From an uncultured Ruminococcus sp. (lineage in GTDB: Bacteria > Bacillota > Clostridia > Oscillospirales > Acutalibacteraceae): a DNA stretch of 45,517 nucleotides. The notes under the pieces were generated by a model. It saw nothing but the letters and a program-made list of their open reading frames with translations. It had not been told where the DNA came from and did no database searches. Each line of letters opens with the position of its first letter. Positions within the stretch are counted from its first letter, which is position 1. This document shows, in pieces, positions 1-9,400 of the stretch. The stretch covers positions 1 to 45,517 of the forward strand of contig CAZNTP010000001.1 of assembly GCA_964575985.1 (NCBI GenBank). Direction: 5' to 3'. The translations under genes and the position numbers were made by a program.

Positions 1-547
1 TTTGGTCCCGTAGCACCTGTGTCGCCCTTATCTCCTTTCTCACCTTTTTCACCTTTAGGGCCTTGCAGACCGCGTTCGCCTTGGTCGCCCTTGTCGCCTT
101 TAAAAAGTCCGTTGTCGGCATCATCTCTTACCGACTGCGCAATTTCTCTGGTAGCTTCACTTAAATTTATTAACTGCTGATATTCACTCTCGGTTGGTGC
201 TTCAGGCTCTGCGCCCTCTGCAAAACCGCTCTCTAAAACCTTTATATATGCCTTAGTAGCTGTAGCTACACTCTCTCCCGAAATACCGAAAACCGATATT
301 TCAAAACCCGGCGCGTTTATTACCTCATGGGGTATATAACATTCGTTTTCGCTGATACACAGCGGATTATCTGCTGATAAAATAATATTTACCGCCTCAC
401 CATCAGCCTTATAGAAAACCGCGGTTTTCGAAAACAAATCCCATGATTTCGGGAATTTGAATTCAACAGTTTCAAACTTGATGCTGTCCGCTACAATGTT
501 ATCCTTTATAAGAATTACATTATTCTGTAAAACCTCTGCTTTTATCA
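1..547 (-). CDS. Partial CDS running off the left edge: globular N-terminal domain followed by collagen-like Gly-X-Y repeats (phage tail-fibre / exosporium-like protein)
   Basis: Absent from the ORF track because no stop lies in the window. The reverse complement of 545-547 is ATG, with AGGAG (rc of 553-557) 5 nt upstream. Hand translation: MIKAEVLQNNVILIKDNIVADSIKFETVEFKFPKSWDLFSKTAVFYKADGEAVNIILSADNPLCISENECYIPHEVINAPGFEISVFGISGESVATATKAYIKVLESGFAEGAEPEAPTESEYQQLINLSEATREIAQSVRDDADNGLFKGDKGDQGERGLQGPKGEKGEKGDKGDTGATGP... There are 10 or more uninterrupted G-X-Y triplets, and the frame is still open at nt 1. Confidence 0.6.
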
Positions 548-667
548 TATTATCTCCTTTCTGCCTGCATCCACATTAATTATAATGATTATTACAAAAA
601 CAGTCACCGCCTTTTTTATACAAAACGAAAAGTTGTCGGCAAATGGCGGCATTTTACGGATTATATA

Positions 668-700
668 TAAAAAACTGCCTCACCTTGATAGGCGAAGCAG
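668..700 (-). terminator. Rho-independent terminator downstream of the AraC gene
   Basis: On the minus strand, CTGCTTCGCC-tatcaa-GGTGAGGCAG forms a 10-bp stem (two G-U pairs) followed by TTTTTT. On the plus strand the arms are 675-684 and 691-700, with the A-run at 669-674. Confidence 0.5.
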
Positions 701-812
701 TAAAATTATGATATTTTATTATACATTCTTATTTAGTTTTTTATATTAATGCTTTTGCATAACTATATCAAAAGGCATATCTAATTTATCAAAACTATGC
801 TTATAATTAAAA

Positions 813-1649
813 TTAGACTTTCGGATATTTTTGCGTATATGGTTTTTCCGATACTCTGTAGGAGAAATGCCCATAATTTTTTTTAAACCGATTTGTAAAG
901 GACGGTTGGTCCGCAAATCCCAAAGCCAACGCAATATTAAGAATAGACTCTGAGGAATCTATTAAAAGGTTGGCGGCAATTTCTATTTTTCTTTCCAATA
1001 TGTATTGGTATGGTGTTATACCGTAGCAAAGCCTGAAATCCTTTATAAGCTTAGGTTGCGAAATACACAGCTCGTTTGCAATATCACTTATAGTGATTTT
1101 TTCATAAATACACTTATCCAGTTTTTCTTTTATTAAGCTTTCATTACTTATAACAGCATTACGCTTCAAATTTTTTTGCAGTTGCTGAACTATTTTTAAA
1201 AAAGTAATAGCCGCTTCCGACATTATTTGTTCGGTGCTTTTGTTAGAGGAGCATATTTCGTAAAGTTCTTCAATAAGATTGTAATTATTGAACTGGGAAA
1301 AAAGCACAATGTTATTAACACCATATGTAAAGAGCAGATTTTTTATTAAAATACCGTCTACATTAAACCACATTTTTGTCCAGTTTTTTTCGGGTGCGTA
1401 CTTATGGCAACTGCCCTTTGGAAGAATAAAAAGGTCGCCCTGCTTAACATGGTATGTCTTGTCATCGCATATAACAGTGCCTGTCCCTTTAATAACATAC
1501 TCTATTATATAGCAATAATTTTTTTCTCTTGAAATCATATACGGTTCATCGCACTCGGTTATACCGGCAATTTCAATATTAAAGGGGTATGTACTTGGAT
1601 TAAACGGAAATACCTGTGTTTTTTCAACATTCATAATATTAACCCCCAT
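813..1649 (-). CDS. AraC/XylS-family transcriptional regulator (N-terminal cupin-like sensor, C-terminal HTH); the C-terminus appears frameshifted
   Basis: 278-aa ORF. The N-terminus has the cupin pattern (YCYIIEYVIKGTG...GDLFILPKG). The C-terminus has AraC HTH signatures (ISDIANELCISQPKLIKDFRLCYGITPYQYILERKIEIAANLL...LGFADQPSFTNRFKK). The expected final G-x-SP-x-EYR helix is not in this frame; it is in the overlapping ORF 746-934 (GISPTEYRKN). Confidence 0.85.
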   Translation of the reverse strand: MGVNIMNVEKTQVFPFNPSTYPFNIEIAGITECDEPYMISREKNYCYIIEYVIKGTGTVICDDKTYHVKQGDLFILPKGSCHKYAPEKNWTKMWFNVDGILIKNLLFTYGVNNIVLFSQFNNYNLIEELYEICSSNKSTEQIMSEAAITFLKIVQQLQKNLKRNAVISNESLIKEKLDKCIYEKITISDIANELCISQPKLIKDFRLCYGITPYQYILERKIEIAANLLIDSSESILNIALALGFADQPSFTNRFKKNYGHFSYRVSEKPYTQKYPKV

Positions 1650-1675
1650 CTTTTAATTTTATAGTTTTCTTAATT

Positions 1676-1704
1676 ATTATAACATTAATAATCTCATTCT
1701 TCAA
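1676..1704 (-). promoter_or_regulatory. Sigma-A-type promoter for the AraC gene
   Basis: The minus strand reads TTGAAG - 17 nt - TATAAT (rc of 1699-1704 and 1676-1681). It lies about 30 nt upstream of the start codon and its GGGGG-type RBS. Confidence 0.45.
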
Positions 1705-1736
1705 TAATAAGAAATAAATTTTGTGTGTAATAATTT

Positions 1737-1792
1737 CAAAAAATTGAAAAGCATATTCGGTTAAGATAGGTTTTATCCAACCGAATATGCTT
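1737..1792 (-). terminator. Strong rho-independent terminator ending the giant-protein transcription unit
   Basis: A perfect 14-bp stem (1749-1762 pairs with 1779-1792, AAGCATATTCGGTT/AACCGAATATGCTT) with a 16-nt loop. On the minus strand it is followed by TTTTCAATTTTTTG. It sits 24 nt after the stop of the 1816-3387 gene. Confidence 0.7.
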
Positions 1793-1815
1793 TAAACATT
1801 TAATTATTGATTAAT

Positions 1816-3387
1816 TTATTTAACACCGATAGCACTTAATTGCTTATCAATTTCACTATTAATCTTGGTAACGTTTGCATCAACCTTATTCTTGAGGGAA
1901 GCTACCTGTGTAGCAACCTGAGCAGGTGCGTATGTTGCTACTGTTGTATAGTCATTGTATACATGCTCACCTGTTAATGTGCAAACACCATCGATATATC
2001 TTATAAGCTTCTGATCGGTCTTCATAGAAGTAAGCTTAAAGAAGAAATCTCTTGCATCTGCAGAAATGAAGGCAGAATCCAAATCGTAATTATTTACATC
2101 AAGATAGTATCTTAAGAATATACCTGCAGCAACAGGATTCTTAGCACCGCGGATTAAGCCCCAAGCTCTTGATACAGAAGATACTACACGCTTATGGTTA
2201 GCATCGTAATCAGGCATATAGGTATAACCGATATCCTTAGTATTCATATTAGCCCAATAACCTGTTGCCTTTAAGCCGAAAGCGTCGATAACTGCAATAC
2301 CTGCTTTACCGATTTTGAAGTTATTGGTAAGGTTAAGGTCGGTAACCTTTTTAATAAGTCCGTCACTAGTCCATGTAGCTATCTTGGTTAAAACGTTAAC
2401 AGCCATATTATCCATAGCATTAGAGAACTTGCCGTCCTTAAATCTATAGAAGCCGGAGCCTGTAGAAGCAAGCAAAGCCTCAACATCTATATAAGCACCG
2501 ATATAGCCTGCGTCCTTAAGATCCTTCATACATTTTTCGAAGGTATCGAAATTCCATTTTCCTGCTGCTACATACTCTTCGGGAGTTGTAATATTATTAT
2601 CAGCAAAGATTTTCTTATTATAGTAAACGCAGTCAGCCTCAGACCAGATGTTACCTACAGTATTAACAAGGAATGCCTCACCGTTAATGGTAGAATTCTC
2701 GATCATAGTAGTATCCCAGATAGGATCGGTTAAATCAAGCTTCATAGCAGAAATCGGCTGTAAGCAGGAAAGAGAACCAGGGAAGAACTTGGTTTCAAAG
2801 AAAACATCCGGAGAGTTTCCTGCAGCAATCATACCCTGAATTTCGTGTACATAAGTAGCCTGCGGAACAGTTACAATTTCAACCTTAATTCCGTATTTCT
2901 TCTGGAATGAATCAACAACGATTCCGTCCTCATTGTGATACGGATTTTTCCAGGTTGCATATTTAACGGTAGTGCCTCTGTAATCCTCGGGATTAACGCC
3001 GTTAGTTCCTGTTTGCTGAGTAGGTTTGCCTTTATCATTAGAAGACGTCTTTGAAGACTCTGTCTTTGATTCGGTCTTAGACTCAGTCTTTGACTCTGTT
3101 TTGGACTCGGTCTTAGATTCGGTCTTTGACTCTGTTTTGGACTCGGTCTTAGATTCGGTCTTTGACTCATCCTTAGACTCTGTTTTAGACTCAGTCTTGG
3201 ATTCCGTCTCAGACTCGGTCTCTGTTTTGGACTCAGTTTCAGACTCTGTTTCTGAAACGGTATCGGAAGCAACTGTCATTTCTGATGCAATATCGCTTGT
3301 ATCGGCTGCGTTTTCACAACCCACTGCGGTTGATAAAACTAAAACCAAACACAAAACCAAATCAAAAATTCTGATGAGTGATTTCAT
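1816..3387 (-). CDS. Extracellular solute-binding lipoprotein (ABC family-1-like) with a long (S-K-T-E)n linker; no permease genes adjacent
   Basis: 523-aa ORF. It has a signal peptide plus lipobox (LSTAVGC), an 80-aa low-complexity ESKTESKTE linker, and a roughly 400-aa region with the general look of sugar-binding proteins (KYATWKNP..., GNSPDVFF, WGLIRGAKNP). The RBS AAAGGAAA is upstream. Confidence 0.8.
   Translation of the reverse strand: MKSLIRIFDLVLCLVLVLSTAVGCENAADTSDIASEMTVASDTVSETESETESKTETESETESKTESKTESKDESKTESKTESKTESKTESKTESKTESKTESKTESKTESSKTSSNDKGKPTQQTGTNGVNPEDYRGTTVKYATWKNPYHNEDGIVVDSFQKKYGIKVEIVTVPQATYVHEIQGMIAAGNSPDVFFETKFFPGSLSCLQPISAMKLDLTDPIWDTTMIENSTINGEAFLVNTVGNIWSEADCVYYNKKIFADNNITTPEEYVAAGKWNFDTFEKCMKDLKDAGYIGAYIDVEALLASTGSGFYRFKDGKFSNAMDNMAVNVLTKIATWTSDGLIKKVTDLNLTNNFKIGKAGIAVIDAFGLKATGYWANMNTKDIGYTYMPDYDANHKRVVSSVSRAWGLIRGAKNPVAAGIFLRYYLDVNNYDLDSAFISADARDFFFKLTSMKTDQKLIRYIDGVCTLTGEHVYNDYTTVATYAPAQVATQVASLKNKVDANVTKINSEIDKQLSAIGVK
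3045..3255. repeat. In-frame 12-nt tandem repeat array encoding (SKTE)n, including a perfect 36-bp tandem duplication
   Basis: Units are of the form GACTCGGTCTTA / GATTCGGTCTTT / GACTCTGTTTTG. The 36-mer GACTCTGTTTTGGACTCGGTCTTAGATTCGGTCTTT occurs back to back at 3092-3127 and 3128-3163. Confidence 0.85.
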
Positions 3388-3421
3388 AAAAGGTTTCCTT
3401 TCTTTATAGTTGATTTTGAAA

Positions 3422-6400
3422 TCAGTTTGCTAAATTCAATTCACCCTCGCCGTTTTGATATAGACGAATCCAATCAATATAGTACTCTGCGGGGAGATTT
3501 TCTTCAGCATTCTCTATCTCACAGCCTACATAAGGCTTATAAGAACTGTTTTGTGTAAACAAATGATTGTTAATAAGAACTGATACAGCAGTATCAAAGC
3601 CGCTCATATCGCTTATACCGTCAAAATTATTTGTTAAGTCATAAGTGTAGTACGCAACGCCATCAACATACATTGTAATCTCGGTAGGAGTCCACTTAAA
3701 TCCGTATAAATGATATTCGTTGTTAAGATTTTCCCACTCAGTGAAGGTATATACATCCTCGCCTGCCCACTGTGTGTGCTTGCCCGAGCCGTCGGTGTAC
3801 CATTTATGAATGTTAGGAACAACTGTATCTTTAGATGCAAACTGCTCGAAAATATCAATTTCAATGGTATAATCAGCATCCTGATTTGCGTTAAGTGCGC
3901 GACCGCTCGACATCCAGAAGCCCGGCCAACAACCAGTTCCAAACGGAATTTTAGCTTTCATCTCAAGATAACCGTATTTAAAGCTCATAGAATCCTTTGT
4001 GGATACAGTAGCAGGAACAACATAACGGTCATTATTATCAATATAATTGTCGGCATGAAGCTTTAATAAACCGTCCTCTACTTTGGTAGAAGAATTGCTG
4101 TTGCTATAATCAATAACTAAATCATTAGTACCTGAAAGCTGATTCCAAACTCTATGATAGCGGTCCCACTTAGAAATGTCAAGAGAATCTTGCTCGAATT
4201 CATCGCCCCAAACATAAACATACTCGTCACCGATAGGTGCGGTAGAGGTGAAATCAGAGGATAAATTAAACAAAGAGATTTTTCCGTTTTGAGAACTTCT
4301 TAAAAATTCTCTGTTAGCCATCATAACTGTCTGTGTATGTCCACCGCTGATAACAATGTTGTCACCGTCCTGGGAAACGGAGTAAGCTCCGTCTCCCATA
4401 TTGGTATCTACAGTTAAAGCAATTGTTTTTTCTGCTACAGCAGAATCAGCATCAGCAACCGTTAAAGCTACACCCTCGTTTAATAAATAGTATTCTTTAA
4501 GAGCTAAAGCCTCGCTATATAAATCTGCATTATTTGCATCATAAGTGATTACATAATCGGATGTGATTTCAAAATCCACAAGAGCCGATGCATCTAATCC
4601 CTTCTTTTTAAGATTTACAAGGTCACGGACATCGCTGAAGCCGTCTTCATTCAAATCGGTTAAACCGAATTCAGCTACACCGAGTATATGCTTTCTGAGC
4701 GCGGTCATATCAAGAGCGTTGCCCTTTCTGTCACCGTTGATATCACCCATTCTCATACCTGTAGCTTTAAGTGCGGGGAAGCCTTCGGTCCAGTAGAACT
4801 CATCGTTAGCATTAATAGCTGCGATTGCCTCAAGACCCTCTTTGCCTGTAGCATTTTCTACTACTGTGTAGCTTGAATCCAAATCAGTGTCAGTAACAGG
4901 AGCTACTGTTCCAATGTTATTCAAACCGTTAAATACTAATACACTTGTAGGAACATAGTTTGCAGTGAAGGTATTTCTTATAGTTTTAGTACCTGTACCC
5001 TTCCATACATCTGCAAATGCAGCGCCGTATCTTGCACCCTCAGTCCAGGTAAGCTCACCTGTGAATATACAGCCGTCGATAAGAATGGAATCGTCACCGC
5101 CGCCGATTATACCGCCAACCTGTGCATTTTGTGAGTTAGAATTGTCAGCAAAGGAATTAGAAAGCTTAACTGTATCGTCAACATAACAGCCAATTACTCG
5201 GCTATCGTCATCAACAAAGCCTATAATACCGCCAACATAGCTAGCACCGCTCTCTGCCAAGGTTGAATATAAGGTAATACTTGAATCGGTAAGAGAAAGG
5301 TCGCTTATTACCGCATTGCTAGCTATTGGAATAAAGCCTACATTAGTATTATTCCATTCGATAGAGCCATTGTAATAAAGACCGCTTACAACATAGCCGT
5401 TACCGTTGAGAGTTCCCTTAAATGCTTTAATTCCTTCGCTCTTTGAAGTGAACCAGCTATTATCGGTAGCACCGTCTTTATTAAGCTTAATATCAGCAAC
5501 TAATTCATAATACTTGCCTGTTGAATCTGTTTTAAGCATTCTTACAAGCTGTTCAGCAGTCTTAATAATATAAGGATTATTTGAGCTACCGTTACCGCCT
5601 GCAAATTTATCTGCAACAGCACCTGACCAAACAGTGCCCTCAATACCACTATAGAAAACAGTAGGATAAGAGGTTGTTGCATAGAAACCTGTAAGTAAAG
5701 GCATATTATCGAGTGCGTTTGCGCCCTTCATAAGTTCAGCACTGTCAAGCTTATTAACTGTACCAGTATACGCAAAATTCTCTGTGCCAATATTGTAACA
5801 ATTCTCTACTGTAATCGAATTGCTTTTATGCCCAGTCATAGGTACGTTTGCCGCAGAAAAACTATTCTTAATTACACGGGCGGCAGCAGTATTGCCCCAA
5901 ATATTTCCTATAAACGCACCCATAGTATCAGGGGCAGTTATTGTTGCCATAACTGCAGAATCATAAATATATACCTTTGGTGAGTTGTAAGCTACAAAGC
6001 CTGCAGCACCCGTTCCGCTTTCTGTAGTAGTAATCTTAACTGTCTCATCAACAATACATTTCTTAAAGGTCAGGGTTTCTTGACCATAGCCTACTAATGC
6101 TGCAACAGCATTTGAAGATGTGACATCCGCATTGCTTATACGCAAATTGGTAATTGTTGTGTTACTAGCCTGTGGGAATAGAGCTGCCCTGTCAGAACCA
6201 TTATAGTAAAGACCGTGGATTGTGTAGCCTGCGCCGTCAAGTGTGCCTACAAAGGCGGTGTAATTTATAGCCGCTCTGTCATACCAGCTGTTAGGAGAAT
6301 TGCTTGCCCAATCAGCCTTTGATACATCGTTAAGATAAATATCAGCGCCTAAAACGTAATATTTACCCGTTTCGGAGGTACCCTCTATAAGCATTTTAGC

Positions 6401-9400
6401 TAACTGCTCAGGTGTTTCGATAACATAGGGATTTAAAGCTGTACCGCTACCGGCTGCATAATCCTCTGCAATAACACCTGTCCAAACCTCACCCTTAACA
6501 CCGTTAGTATTACGGTGGATAGGATATCCACTATCGGTTGTTGTCCAAACTGCCTTCCAATCAAGGTTTGGCATATTGGTTTCAGCCGCAGCACCCTTCA
6601 TCAAGGAATCCTCAACATACGGGGCTTGAGTAACCGTAAAGGTTTCGGTATCTAACTGCTCTGCAGTATAGCTATTTGTGATAGTACCTACATAATAGGT
6701 TGAAAATGCTTCTTTAGCAAAGCTATTTGTAATAGTAACGTTTCTTGTGCCGCCACTTGACCAATAAATACCGCCAACCATTGAGCCTCTTCTATATAGC
6801 GAAGGTTGAGCTACGGGGTCAACCAACGATTCAAAATGACCTAAGGAATAAGAATCAGAAATATTAACAACACAGTTACCGTTAGCAACAAAGCCGCCTG
6901 CAACTACAGCTGAGATAACCTCAACGCTTTCGGTAATACCGCACTTTTCAAAGTTCACTGTGCCTGAGCCAAGACCAACAAAAGCAGAAGCAGAAGCGTT
7001 ACTGCTATAATTATTCACAATATGTGAATCAGAAATAATAACATTTTTAAATGTTGCTGTTCCGCTGGTCTTTGAAACCAAACCTGTATATTGACTGTCG
7101 CTGCCGTTAATATACAAACCGTATATCTTATGACCTGCGCCGTCTAATGTGCCTTGGAAAGCCACATCGTTAACCGAGCTTTTACCGTTCCATTCTTTAG
7201 CAGAATCGGTCCAATTTGAAGCAGACACATCATTTAGATAGATATTGGTTGTTAATTTGAAATACTTGCCGCTTGTTTCATCACCCATAGCAACCATATA
7301 AGCTAATTGCTCAGCATTTTCGATTAAATATGGGTCTGCTGCAGTACCGCTGCCATTAGTGAATTTTTCTAATGTTCCGTTCCAAATTTCATCTTCATCT
7401 GGAACTTCATTAATTAAATCGGTAATATATGCAGAGAGCTTTTGAGCATATGTGGTTTGTACCTCAAGTGAAGGATGTCCTTTAGCACCATCAGTAGAAG
7501 TAGGTAATTCGAGCGAATAAATACCGCTTGATTTACCGCCCATATCGGCAACCGCCTTTTTTATAATGCTTGTAGCATCATCACGCATCATACCGTAAAC
7601 CCAAACTATCTTAGCGTTGGGGTTCTTTTCTCTGACAAGAGCTATCATAGCTTCAAATTCTGCTTCAACATCAGCCTTAGTTTTATCGTAATCAGCATAG
7701 GTCCACATATCATTTGTGCCAAGACCTAATACCACAACATCAGGCTGACGGGTGAAAGCATAATCTGAAGTATTATTTGCATAATAACGTGTTTTGGGAT
7801 AAACAGTCTGCATCGAAGCACCGTTTTCGCCGTACCAACCGTAACCGTTACCTGCTGTAATACCACTTTTAGCTAAAACAGACCAATCCGCGCCAAGTGC
7901 TTTTGCGGTAAGATAAGGCCAACCTCTTGTTGCATCCTGATAAAGAGTAGTATTCTCTCCCGAACTATCGGTCAAGATACCTGCATTTGCAGTTATAGAG
8001 TCGCCTATAAACTCAATATATAACTCGTTATCCTCAGGGGGTGCTACGAATTCGCCGTTTAAATCAATAGCAGTGATACCGTAAGAAGCCTTTTCAGCTT
8101 CGGTTTGATTATAAATTGCAAAGGTATGTTTACCTGCGGGTAAATCCTTTGCAATAACAAACATTGATTTACCTGCGGTTTGAATATGATAAGGATATCC
8201 TGTTGAATTGCTTAACCAGCTATCAGAAGCAGTATCTTCAGGCATTCTTAAATTTTCATATTGAACAATGCCATCAACAACAACGGTGAAATAAATACCA
8301 TCTGTAGCGCCCTTTACAATTTTATCTGTATTAAAGGTAACAACCACATTGCCTGAACATTCAGCATTAAACTCTATACCGGATGCTGACCAATCAATAT
8401 ATAATGTGTTGTTTAAAAGCTCTGTTCTGCCCTGTGTTTTGTAAAGACCTTCGAGTTCTTCTATAGTATAGTAGCCCTCAGGCTTTTCACCAGAAATCAC
8501 AGGGAAACCGCTTTCGGTAACAGACCAAATGCCCCAATCAAGTAAAGGCATATTAGTCTTAGCAGCAGCGCCCTTCATTAAATCAGCGCTATCAAGTGCG
8601 ATTGCGCTACCTGTAATGATGCTAGCGCTTGGGTCTTCACCTATTCTATAGGTATTATTTACAGAAATTCCGTGTGAAACATGACCTGCTAAAGGAAGCT
8701 CAGATGTAGTATAACTGAATGAGATAGAACGTTGTACGCTTGTACTCCAACAGTTACCTATAAATGCACCCTTGCTGTTTGTTGTGTTAGAGTTGATTGT
8801 TGCCATAACAGCAGAATCTTCAATAAATACATTCGGTGAGCCGTATGCCACGAAACCGCCTATACCCTCTTGACCGCCTGAAGCAATAGTATTTGTAAGG
8901 CTTACAGTTTCGTCAACAATACATTTCTTAAATGTAACAGTATTTTGAGCAAAGCCTACTAAGGCTGCTACTCTTTCGGTAGAATTCACATAGGAATTGC
9001 TAATACGCAAATTTGTAATGGTTGTATTACTTGCCTGTGGGAATAAACCGAAAAGCGAAGCACCTGTATAATAAAGACCGTGAATTGTATAGCCTGCACC
9101 GTCAAGATTTCCTACAAAAGCAGTATTATTTATAGCCGCTCTGTCATACCAACTAAGAGGTGCGTTATCTTTCCAATCAGCTTGAGCCACATCGTTAAGG
9201 TAAATATCAGCAGTTAATTTGTAGTAACCACCTGTGGTATCTCCACCCTTAACCATTTTAGCCAACTGCTCAGGGGTTTCAATTAAGAAAGGATCTGCCT
9301 CTGTACCGCTACCGCCTGCAAAGTTATCTGCAACTGCGCCTGACCAAGCCTCGCCCTTAACGCCGTTAGAATCACGGTAGGTAGGATAGTCATTCTCGGT

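Noticed and set aside
2871-3409. ORFs 2871-3272(-) and 3026-3409(+)
   Set aside because: These are alternative-frame or antisense readings of the (SKTE)n 12-nt repeat inside the binding-lipoprotein gene.
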